25,847 nucleotides of DNA from Woeseia sp. (GTDB taxonomy: Bacteria; Pseudomonadota; Gammaproteobacteria; Steroidobacterales; Woeseiaceae): the NCBI GenBank assembly GCA_003229095.1, contig QIHS01000091.1, positions 1-25,847 on the forward strand. The letters run 5' to 3'. The first letter of the stretch is position 1. Each line of letters opens with the position of its first letter. The position numbers were made by a program, and so were the translations under genes. The notes below the pieces were generated by a model, which saw nothing but the letters and a program-made list of their open reading frames with translations, made no database searches and was not told the DNA's origin. Shown piece by piece: positions 18,068 to 25,787 of the stretch.

Positions 18068-18249
18068 CTCTGTTAGCCTGATCGTGAGCCATCAGGATTT
18101 TCGTTGGCCAAGTCCGATGGAACTTAACGATCACAATGGTTATCCAAACGGATATAGAGCGGCTGCGCCGGGAGACGCAAGTAGATTCTGCCAGATTCTG
18201 CAGGTCGCTCGACTGGGCATTCGACTACACAATTTGAGGCGGCAAGGCG

Positions 18250-19329
18250 ATGAACTCAATCAGCCAAGAGAAATTTACTCCATCTATTGCACGCAATAGT
18301 GTTCTGTTAACCGCAGCTGCATTGTTGTTAAGTGGCTGCGCCGTTAGTTTTTCGACCAACGGACCGGGTGGTGTTGGTGGTAGCGGGGGCGGCGGTATCG
18401 ATCTGCCGGGCGGCATACCCGGCGGTTCATCTGGCGGTGGTTCGCCTGGCGGTTCATCGGGAGGCGGTTTGCCTGGCGGTTCATCGGGCGGCGGTTCGCC
18501 TGGCGGTTCATCGGGCGGCGGTTCGCCTGGCGGTTCATCGGGCGGCGGTTTGCCTGGTGGTTCATCGGGTGGCGGTTTGCCTGGTGGTTCATCGGGCGGC
18601 GGTTCGCCTGGCGGTTCATCGGGTGGCGGTTCTCCTGGCGGTTCATCAGGTGGCGGTTCGCCTGGCGGGGGCTCGTCCGGTGGCGGTTCTGGTGGCGCTG
18701 GTGGAGCGGGCGGCGGTGGCGCAGGTGGCGGCGGACAGGTTCGTGGTGTTGGCGGTTCCGTGCCAGGTGCCGGCGGTGCAGGCGGTGGCCTGGGTGGCGA
18801 CGTGACGGCTGAGAACTGTGACTCGGGTGGTACTGGCGGCTGGGGCGGTGCGGATGAGGGTTGTGATGGCAGCGTAGGCCAGTATCCCGGCGAAAGTAGC
18901 GCCGAGCGAAAAGCGCGGCTTGAGAAAAGTCTTGACGAATCCGTTGACGGTTTCGACGAAGTGCTTGGCGAAGAACAACGTGAAATTTCTACTGTTGGCC
19001 GTAACACCGAAGGATTCGGCGGGTCGGGCAGCGGCGGAGCCGGTACAGGCAGAGTCGGACTGGGATCACAAGCTGGCAGTGGCGGCAGTGGCAGCGGCGG
19101 TAGCGGTGGTTCGTCAGGATCAGTTGCCGGTCCACCCGAAGAAAAAGATGCGTCGATCAGCGGCATGAGTGAAGCCGAAATTACTGAGCGTACGCCGGAG
19201 GACATCCCCGACCTTGTCAGTGAGGACATCGTGGCGAGGCAATTGCGCGAAGCGGCGCTCTCAGAAGATGATCCCGCCATCAGGGAGAAACTCTGGGAAG
19301 AATATCGAAATTACAACGACCTGAACTAG
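18250..19329 (+). CDS. Gly/Ser-rich repeat lipoprotein with charged helical C-terminal domain, function unknown
   Basis: Lipobox LSGC (Cys30), ten xPGGSSGGG units, and C-terminal EDIP..EDIVARQLREAA..EDDPAIREKLWEEY. Confidence 0.8.
   Translation: MNSISQEKFTPSIARNSVLLTAAALLLSGCAVSFSTNGPGGVGGSGGGGIDLPGGIPGGSSGGGSPGGSSGGGLPGGSSGGGSPGGSSGGGSPGGSSGGGLPGGSSGGGLPGGSSGGGSPGGSSGGGSPGGSSGGGSPGGGSSGGGSGGAGGAGGGGAGGGGQVRGVGGSVPGAGGAGGGLGGDVTAENCDSGGTGGWGGADEGCDGSVGQYPGESSAERKARLEKSLDESVDGFDEVLGEEQREISTVGRNTEGFGGSGSGGAGTGRVGLGSQAGSGGSGSGGSGGSSGSVAGPPEEKDASISGMSEAEITERTPEDIPDLVSEDIVARQLREAALSEDDPAIREKLWEEYRNYNDLN
18415..18687 (+). repeat. 27-nt coding tandem repeat, 10 units, encoding (I/S/L)PGGSSGGG
   Basis: Nine 27-nt units (18415-18657) plus one 30-nt variant. 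Consensus is about TCGCCTGGCGGTTCATCGGGCGGCGGT. Confidence 0.92.
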
Positions 19330-19381
19330 CGGCGTGTTGAAAACAGACCTACAAAGGCAGAGAACGATCGATAGTCTATTA

Positions 19382-20626
19382 ATGAGAAACAAGCTGAAAT
19401 TTATTGTTGCCTTACTGGGTTGCGCTGTGATGGCGTCAGGATGCACCGTCACCGAAGTCATCCACGCGGAAACGACTCACCTGGATGTGGCCTCTCTGCA
19501 AGTCTCAGAAAGCCTGTTGCTCGATATTGGCATTCTGAATTTCGACGCCGGCGTTCCGGAAAATAACAACGTTGAAAAAACGCGAATTTACCCGGAAGTT
19601 CGCAAAGCAGAAGCTCGTTATCTGCCTTATCACATCAAGACAACACTGCAGGGCACAGGTTTTTGGGGTGCCGTGAGAGTGATACCCACGCGCGTTGTCT
19701 CCACCGATGTGTTGGTGAGCGGCGTGATCAAACAGTCCGATGGCGAGATGGTGACGTTGCTCCTGCGTGCTGACGATGCGACAGGACGCCACTGGTTTGA
19801 AAAGTCTTACAGCATGCAAACCGGGCTGTCGTCCTATGCAGACTATCGGGACCGGACGCAGGATCCCTACCAAAAAGTATTCAACGATTTTGCCAACGAT
19901 TTGCACGCCTTTGTCCTGACAATTCCCCGGCAGGACATCTTAAGAATTCGCCAGGTGTCTGAACTCAAGTTCTTTGCGGATATGGCACCGACTGCGTTCG
20001 GCGAACATTTGACGACCAGCAACGAGGGGCTGGTGTCCGCGCAGCGATTGCCGGCGGAAAACGACCCTATGGTTGACAGACTGCGCCAGATTCGAGAGCG
20101 AGATCGGCTGGTTGTGGACACGCTCAATGAGCACTACGCAAACTTCTATTACGGCATTGCTTTGCCTTATGAAGGCTGGCGAAAACGGACTCGGGAGCAA
20201 TCTGTCGTTTACAGGCAAAGTCGCCAGTCGGCAATCCAGCGGGCGCTGATCGGTGCGGCAGTTGTGGTAGCGTCCGCTAACTACGAGCCATCAGGAAACA
20301 GCCTCTATGATGCCGATCGAATTGCGAGGTCGGTCGCCATTAGCAGAGGCTGGAATGCCGTCGTGAGTTCATTGCGCCAATATCGCAGCGCGGGCGTTCA
20401 CCGCGAAGAGATCAAAGAGCTGTCAGAGTCGTTTGTTGCCGAAGCGGCACCGATGGTTGTTCAGGTGCAGGGTGAGACCTTGCGTTTGACAGGTACAGCG
20501 GAAGCGCAATACGAAAGCTGGCGCAAGTTGCTCAAGGAAATTCACGAAACCGAAACCGGCTTCACCGAAGCGATTCAGGTCGGTGACCCAGCCAGGTCGG
20601 CTCAGCTACCACCGCCCTCCGGCTAG
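19382..20626 (+). CDS. Putative lipoprotein, function unknown
   Basis: From ATG 19382 the sequence reads MRNKLKFIVALLGCAVMASGC, a signal peptide II-like leader. It is a long ORF colinear with its neighbours. The ORF-track GTG at 19334 is an alternative start. Confidence 0.72.
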   Translation: MRNKLKFIVALLGCAVMASGCTVTEVIHAETTHLDVASLQVSESLLLDIGILNFDAGVPENNNVEKTRIYPEVRKAEARYLPYHIKTTLQGTGFWGAVRVIPTRVVSTDVLVSGVIKQSDGEMVTLLLRADDATGRHWFEKSYSMQTGLSSYADYRDRTQDPYQKVFNDFANDLHAFVLTIPRQDILRIRQVSELKFFADMAPTAFGEHLTTSNEGLVSAQRLPAENDPMVDRLRQIRERDRLVVDTLNEHYANFYYGIALPYEGWRKRTREQSVVYRQSRQSAIQRALIGAAVVVASANYEPSGNSLYDADRIARSVAISRGWNAVVSSLRQYRSAGVHREEIKELSESFVAEAAPMVVQVQGETLRLTGTAEAQYESWRKLLKEIHETETGFTEAIQVGDPARSAQLPPPSG

Positions 20627-20628
20627 CG

Positions 20629-23025
20629 TTGGCATCGACCGAAAAACGGATGCAGATGCTCAATGAAGGTATACGCCTCGCGGGCCGATATACCCTGATT
20701 CGGCGCCTGGGAACGGGCGGAATGGCGGAAGTCTGGCTTGCAGACGATCGTCATAGTGGCACTCGTGTTGCGCTTAAGTTTGCCGCCGGCAATGACGACG
20801 AGGATGGCAAGCAAAACACCTTGTTAAACAGAGAATGGCGCATCGGCAGTCGCCTGATGCACGCGAATATTGTGCGCGTTTTTGAATTCCACGACGACCC
20901 GGATGGTGCTTACTATAGTCTGCAGCATGTTGGTGCGACTGACCTGGGCGTTCTTGCAGGCGCAGATCCGGCTGAGGCATTACGACCAGTCGCTATGATT
21001 GCCGACGCGCTGCGTTATGCCCATGGCAAAGGCATCGTGCATCGGGATATCAAGGCATCCAATATCCTGCTGGACAGTCGTGGACACCCCTACATTGTGG
21101 ACTTCGGCGTCGCATGCGCACCGGGCATCGATGCGATAACTGGCGGTGGTTCTGCAGCTGCCAGCAGCCCGCAGCAACAGGCTGGAACGCCTGCGGACAC
21201 CTCGGACGACATCTATGCCCTGGGTGTTCTCATTCACGAACTGCTGACTGGCATGCCACCCGGTGTTGCGATGCCTGACAACATTTCGCTGCCCATTGAA
21301 ATCAAGGAATTAGTCGCGGACATGCTGGCAGAAAATGCTGGCGACAGGCCCAATGCAGAAGCAGTTGCTCAACGCCTGCAGGCGGCCGGAATTTCGCCGG
21401 GTCCGGCGCCCGTGCGTTACATTGCCGGCGTTGGTGAGGTCGATGAGGTTATTGAATCGAAGCAGGCTGCGCCAGCTGTGTCGCAAAGAATTGCGGCGTC
21501 CTCAACACGCACTGCTGCGCCGATCGATGCCAGTGGTATTTCTCCGCAGATGTTGTATGGCGGTCTTGCAACCGCATTGGTTTTGCTCCTCGTGGTCATT
21601 TTTGTATTGCCTCGAATGCCCGAAAACACAGCCGCGTCGGTTGTCGATATCGTTGAACAGCCGGCAACCTCGTCGGTCGTCAAACCCGGACCTGAGTCAG
21701 ATGACGAAAATCAGTCCGCGGAGCTGCCGCCAGGGGCACCGGCCGGCGATCCGGCTTCTTTCAACGAGAATATCGGTGATCGCGCCGTCAACGAATCGGC
21801 CCGAATCAAGGCGGCGACAGACAGCGCGCTCGGGGATTTATTATCACAGTTACAACGATTGCGTTTCCGCGCCATCGATCGCTGGGGAGGCCAGGATTAC
21901 CTTGACGCCGTCGATCTGTATGCGGCTGGCGATCAGGCCTATGTGGGTCGCAACTATCCGCTTGCCGGCGACCGCTATCGAGAGGCGATTGACCGCCTTG
22001 AGCCATTCTTCGATCGGATCGATGAAGTATTCAGGGAAACCCTGGCGGCGGCAAAAGATGCCTTCGATTCCGGCGACCACATCGAATCAATTCACCTGTT
22101 CGATCTCGCTGTCTCCATTACGCCAGGTAACCGCGAGGCTGAGAATGGGCTCGCGCGGGCGAAAAATCTTCAGGTGGTTCTCGAACTGATGGAACAGGGT
22201 ATGCAGTTCGAAGCAGATCTCGAGCATGCTGCCGCGCAACGAGCATTCGAAAAAGCGCTCGACATCGACAGCCAGTGGGAGTCCGCATCGGTCGCGCTGG
22301 CGCGCATTAATGCAGCCATCAAACAGCTGTCATTCGAGCAGCGCATGACTGAGGGTTTTGCGGCACTGTCGAGTGCAGATTTTGCCAGTGCGCGCGCCGC
22401 ATTCAATGCGGCCAAAGCGCTTGGCCCTGGCTCGCGACAACCGGCAGATGGATTGCTTCAGGTTGACCAGGAAGCCAGGCTATACGATATCCGCCGGCTT
22501 GAAAAAGAGGCGCTGGCACTCGATTCAAACGAGCAATGGGAATCTGCGGTATTCATTTATGAGGACTTATTGAAGATTGACCCTGACCTGCAATTTGCCC
22601 AACAAGGATTGGCGATGGCGCGATCGCGTTCCGCGTTGCATGCGCGTCTTGCGGGTTTGGTCGGCAGCCCGGACTTACTCAATGACCCTGTCACTATGCG
22701 CGACTCGACCTCGCTGCTTTTGAGCGTAACGCGAATGGAACCAATGGGACCGCGTCTGGAAGATCAAAAAAGTTCGCTTGCACGTCTGTTGAAGCGGGCG
22801 GCGACACCTTTATCGGTGCACCTGGTATCCGATAATCTGACCAATGTGACCATATTCAAAGTCGGACAGTTTGGCACTTTTGCCTCTCAGGAACTGAGTC
22901 TGCGTCCCGGCGTCTATATTGCTGTGGGAAACCGCTCCGGTTACCGTGATGTGCGAGTCGAATTTCGCGTGGCGCCTGAAGTCGATATGGAGCCCATTGT
23001 GATTCAGTGTGAGGAACAGATTTGA
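20629..23025 (+). CDS. Transmembrane Ser/Thr protein kinase with periplasmic TPR-like helical domain and C-terminal beta module
   Basis: Motifs LGTGGMAEVW, VALK, HANIV, HRDIKASN, DFG, DIYALG. TM segment MLYGGLATALVLLLVVIFVLP at about aa 308-328. Start is uncertain (TTG 20629, ATG 20650 or ATG 20656). Confidence 0.85.
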   Translation: MASTEKRMQMLNEGIRLAGRYTLIRRLGTGGMAEVWLADDRHSGTRVALKFAAGNDDEDGKQNTLLNREWRIGSRLMHANIVRVFEFHDDPDGAYYSLQHVGATDLGVLAGADPAEALRPVAMIADALRYAHGKGIVHRDIKASNILLDSRGHPYIVDFGVACAPGIDAITGGGSAAASSPQQQAGTPADTSDDIYALGVLIHELLTGMPPGVAMPDNISLPIEIKELVADMLAENAGDRPNAEAVAQRLQAAGISPGPAPVRYIAGVGEVDEVIESKQAAPAVSQRIAASSTRTAAPIDASGISPQMLYGGLATALVLLLVVIFVLPRMPENTAASVVDIVEQPATSSVVKPGPESDDENQSAELPPGAPAGDPASFNENIGDRAVNESARIKAATDSALGDLLSQLQRLRFRAIDRWGGQDYLDAVDLYAAGDQAYVGRNYPLAGDRYREAIDRLEPFFDRIDEVFRETLAAAKDAFDSGDHIESIHLFDLAVSITPGNREAENGLARAKNLQVVLELMEQGMQFEADLEHAAAQRAFEKALDIDSQWESASVALARINAAIKQLSFEQRMTEGFAALSSADFASARAAFNAAKALGPGSRQPADGLLQVDQEARLYDIRRLEKEALALDSNEQWESAVFIYEDLLKIDPDLQFAQQGLAMARSRSALHARLAGLVGSPDLLNDPVTMRDSTSLLLSVTRMEPMGPRLEDQKSSLARLLKRAATPLSVHLVSDNLTNVTIFKVGQFGTFASQELSLRPGVYIAVGNRSGYRDVRVEFRVAPEVDMEPIVIQCEEQI

Positions 23026-25448
23026 AATTTAGCGCAATCATTATCAGAGATAGCGGCGGTGAGCGTCGTCTGGAATCGACCCGCCTGCCATTACGTCTTG
23101 GTACCGGGGCCGATTGTGATATTCGCCTGCCGGGACCGGGAAGCGGTGCCGTTGCACTGCTCGACGATCTGGACGGCGAGCCTTTTGTACAGCCGGTCGG
23201 TGCGGCGGGCGTCCTCAAAATCAATAGTGAAATTTTAACCGCATCCAGAAAGCTGGAAGCCGGAGACGAGCTGGAGTTTTTCGGCACGCGCATCGTTGTC
23301 GGTGAGACAGAGGATGCGATGTCACTTGATGTTCGCCTGGAAGCCAGCGTTTATGTGACAAAGCCGCCAGAACTCGCGGATGCCTCTACATTGTCGGCAG
23401 AAGAGACGATTGTCGCGACTGCGTTTCGCCGCGCCACGGATGCAACGGCAGTTGACGTCGAGCCAACAGGTAGTCGGTGGCAGGCTTTCGTCGGTGTCGC
23501 GGTTACCATCCTTGTTCTGATCTCGTGGCTGCTATTCACCTCGAAGTCGATTCAATTCGACGTGCAGCCAGGTGGTGCCGATGAAGTATCGGTCACCGGC
23601 GGCTGGTTTCAATTGCCGATCGGCGAGCGAATTTTGCTGCGAGAGGGAGACTATACGGTCAACGTTGTAAAAGAAGGATATTACGACGCTGCACAAAGCC
23701 TGAATGTAGACGATGCGCCAAGCAAGACGGTCATCATCCAGATGCGAAAATTGCCCGGACAGCTTACCGTCATGACAGATCCGGCAGTCGAAGCTTTTGT
23801 TGCCGTCGACGACACGCGCCTCGGACAAGCGCCTTTTGGTCCGATTGAGCTGGAACCCGGCACGCATTCAGTCACGGTGACTGCAGATAGATTCTTGCCA
23901 TTTTCCCAGCGCTTGTCAGTTCCGGGATTGGGATTGCACCAGCAACTGAACGTGCAGTTGGTGCCGTTATGGGCGAATGTTGACATCAATTCGGAACCAC
24001 AGGGGGCTGCTGTCTACCAGGGGACAACGAAGGTCGGCGAAACGCCGCTGCGCCTCGAGTTGATGGAAGGCTCGCACCCTCTGAGTTTAATCAAGCCAGG
24101 TTTTAAGGCTTGGGACGGAAGCGTGGACACGCTTGCCAATGTAGGACAAACCCTGCCGACTATTCAGTTGGAACCTGCGAACGCTCAGCTTCGAGTAGCT
24201 TCGATTCCGCGCGGTGCCAACGTGACCGTAAACGGCCGTTATCGTGGACAATCTCCGGTGACGGTTGCCTTGTCGCCCGACGTTAACTACGAAATCGGCC
24301 TGTCGAAAGCCGGTTATGGGTCTGCAAGTCAGCGCATTCGGCTGGCCGCTGCGGCGTTCGAGGAGATCACCGTTGACCTGACCGCCCGGGTGGGCGAAGT
24401 CACCGTGGCTGTTCTTCCCGAAGATGCCACCGTGTATGTCGACGGACAGGCTCGCGGCAGTGGTACCGTCACCATGCGTCTGTCTTCAGCACCGCACCAG
24501 CTGGAAGTTAGAAAAAGCGGCTTTGCAACCTTCGTTCGCAGTGTGACACCGCGTCCGGGTTATCCGCAGATCATTCAGGTGCGGCTGCTCTCCGATGCGG
24601 AGGTGCTGGCTCGAAGCACCGCTAACTCGATCACGACATCGCAGGGCCAGGAATTGAAACGGATCGAGCCAGGCGGTTTCACGATGGGCACATCGCGGCG
24701 CGAGCAGGGCAGGCGCGCGAACGAGGTATTGCGACCGGTGATCCTGACCAAACCCTTTTTCTTGTCGACTAAAGAAGTGAGCAATCGCGAGTTTGGCCGA
24801 TTTCGTTCTGGTCACAATTCCGGTGGCGAATTGCATGTATCGCTGGCAGGCGATTTGAACCCCGTGGTCAACGTTAGCTGGGAAGACGCAATCGACTACT
24901 GCGTGTGGCTTAGCGTGCAGGAAGGGCTGACGCCGGCTTACAAGAAAGTATTCCAGAAATGGCAACCCGTGTTGCCGACACCGGACGGTTATCGATTGCC
25001 GACTGAAGCGGAGTGGGTATGGGCCATTCGCTACCAGGGACGCAATACCGCAGCGAGTTTTCCGTGGGGTGGGCGCATGCCGCCGCAGCGTGATAGCGGT
25101 AATTATGCCGGCAAGTCCGCAATAGGCCTGGTGCGTTCGATCCTGCCGGGTTGGGATGACGGCTATGCGTCTACTGCACCCGTGGGCAGTTTCGCGCCAA
25201 ATGCGCTGGGTATTTTTGATGGCGGTGGCAACGTTGCCGAATGGGTTCAGGATTATTACTCCGTCGCAACGCCGGGCCAGGCTGAGCCGGCGAACGATCC
25301 ACTGGGGCCGACCACGGGTTCCAACCGGGTCATTCGTGGCTCCAGCTGGATGCATTCAGGCATCCTGGAGCTGCGTCTGGGTTATCGCAACTTTGGCAAT
25401 AGCGGTTACGCCGATGTTGGCTTCCGTATCGCAAGAAATGTAGAGTAA
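23022..25448 (+). CDS. FHA-like / TM / 5x PEGA / FGE-sulfatase (SUMF1-fold) domain protein
   Basis: N-terminal beta domain with LPLRLG..DCDIRL and LEAGDELEFFGTRI, and a TM at about aa 155-172. Five PEGA-like repeats (e.g. INSEPQGAAVY..GETPL, SIPRGANVTVNGRYRGQSP). The FGE fold shows GGFTMG, PVVNVSWEDA, YRLPTEAEW, GNVAEW, RVIRGSSW, GFRIAR. TTGA overlap with the kinase and a GAGGA SD. Confidence 0.87.
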   Translation: MKFSAIIIRDSGGERRLESTRLPLRLGTGADCDIRLPGPGSGAVALLDDLDGEPFVQPVGAAGVLKINSEILTASRKLEAGDELEFFGTRIVVGETEDAMSLDVRLEASVYVTKPPELADASTLSAEETIVATAFRRATDATAVDVEPTGSRWQAFVGVAVTILVLISWLLFTSKSIQFDVQPGGADEVSVTGGWFQLPIGERILLREGDYTVNVVKEGYYDAAQSLNVDDAPSKTVIIQMRKLPGQLTVMTDPAVEAFVAVDDTRLGQAPFGPIELEPGTHSVTVTADRFLPFSQRLSVPGLGLHQQLNVQLVPLWANVDINSEPQGAAVYQGTTKVGETPLRLELMEGSHPLSLIKPGFKAWDGSVDTLANVGQTLPTIQLEPANAQLRVASIPRGANVTVNGRYRGQSPVTVALSPDVNYEIGLSKAGYGSASQRIRLAAAAFEEITVDLTARVGEVTVAVLPEDATVYVDGQARGSGTVTMRLSSAPHQLEVRKSGFATFVRSVTPRPGYPQIIQVRLLSDAEVLARSTANSITTSQGQELKRIEPGGFTMGTSRREQGRRANEVLRPVILTKPFFLSTKEVSNREFGRFRSGHNSGGELHVSLAGDLNPVVNVSWEDAIDYCVWLSVQEGLTPAYKKVFQKWQPVLPTPDGYRLPTEAEWVWAIRYQGRNTAASFPWGGRMPPQRDSGNYAGKSAIGLVRSILPGWDDGYASTAPVGSFAPNALGIFDGGGNVAEWVQDYYSVATPGQAEPANDPLGPTTGSNRVIRGSSWMHSGILELRLGYRNFGNSGYADVGFRIARNVE

Positions 25449-25511
25449 ATATTACGGACCTTTGTGCGTTAATGAGGTCCAACTAACAGTTGCCTGTTCA
25501 TAGAGAAGAGT

Positions 25512-25787
25512 ATGCGCGAATATTCAAGAGTTCTGTTTTTGCTGCTTTTGCTGGCAGTGCCGGCCTCGTCACAGGAAGAAGATGCGGATGCTGCTGCAGA
25601 CGATGCGGTGGATACGGTCGAAGCAACGGGGTCAACCGATGTGGCTGAGGTGCTCGAGGTTGTCGAGGAGGAAGAAATTGATGACAGTGACCTCGATATT
25701 CAAACTTATGAAGAGGATGAGGACGATTTTGTGCCAACCGAAGAAATTCCGGCCGGTGAACCGATTCCGCTGCCATCAAATATCTGA
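25512..25787 (+). CDS. Small acidic secreted protein with C-terminal FVPTEEIP..PIPLPSNI motif
   Basis: Sec-like signal MREYSRVLFLLLLLAVPASS. The mature part of about 71 aa has 28 D/E and no K/R/H. A purine-rich AGAGAAGAG precedes the ATG. Confidence 0.72.
   Translation: MREYSRVLFLLLLLAVPASSQEEDADAAADDAVDTVEATGSTDVAEVLEVVEEEEIDDSDLDIQTYEEDEDDFVPTEEIPAGEPIPLPSNI

Noticed and set aside
18415-18687. CRISPR-like or DGR template interpretation of the 27-nt repeat
   Set aside because: The units are contiguous with no spacers and in frame within a CDS. No cas or reverse transcriptase gene is in the window.
18225-19280. 351-aa Pro-rich antisense ORF (PPDEPPGEP repeats) and other alternative-frame ORFs over the repeat
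   Set aside because: These are shadows of the Gly-codon repeat, which lacks stops in several frames. The plus-strand ORF has a lipobox, a structured C-terminus and operon context.
23022-25448. FGE-sulfatase domain as the activating enzyme for the arylsulfatase at 2270-3880
   Set aside because: The catalytic Cys pair after RGxSW is absent, the domain is membrane-tethered behind PEGA repeats, and it is about 19 kb away in an unrelated operon.
25456-25480. Inverted repeat GGACCT-N13-AGGTCC between the PEGA-FGE gene and the small acidic gene
   Set aside because: The stem is only 6 bp with a long loop and no U tract. That is too weak to call a terminator or operator without comparative data.
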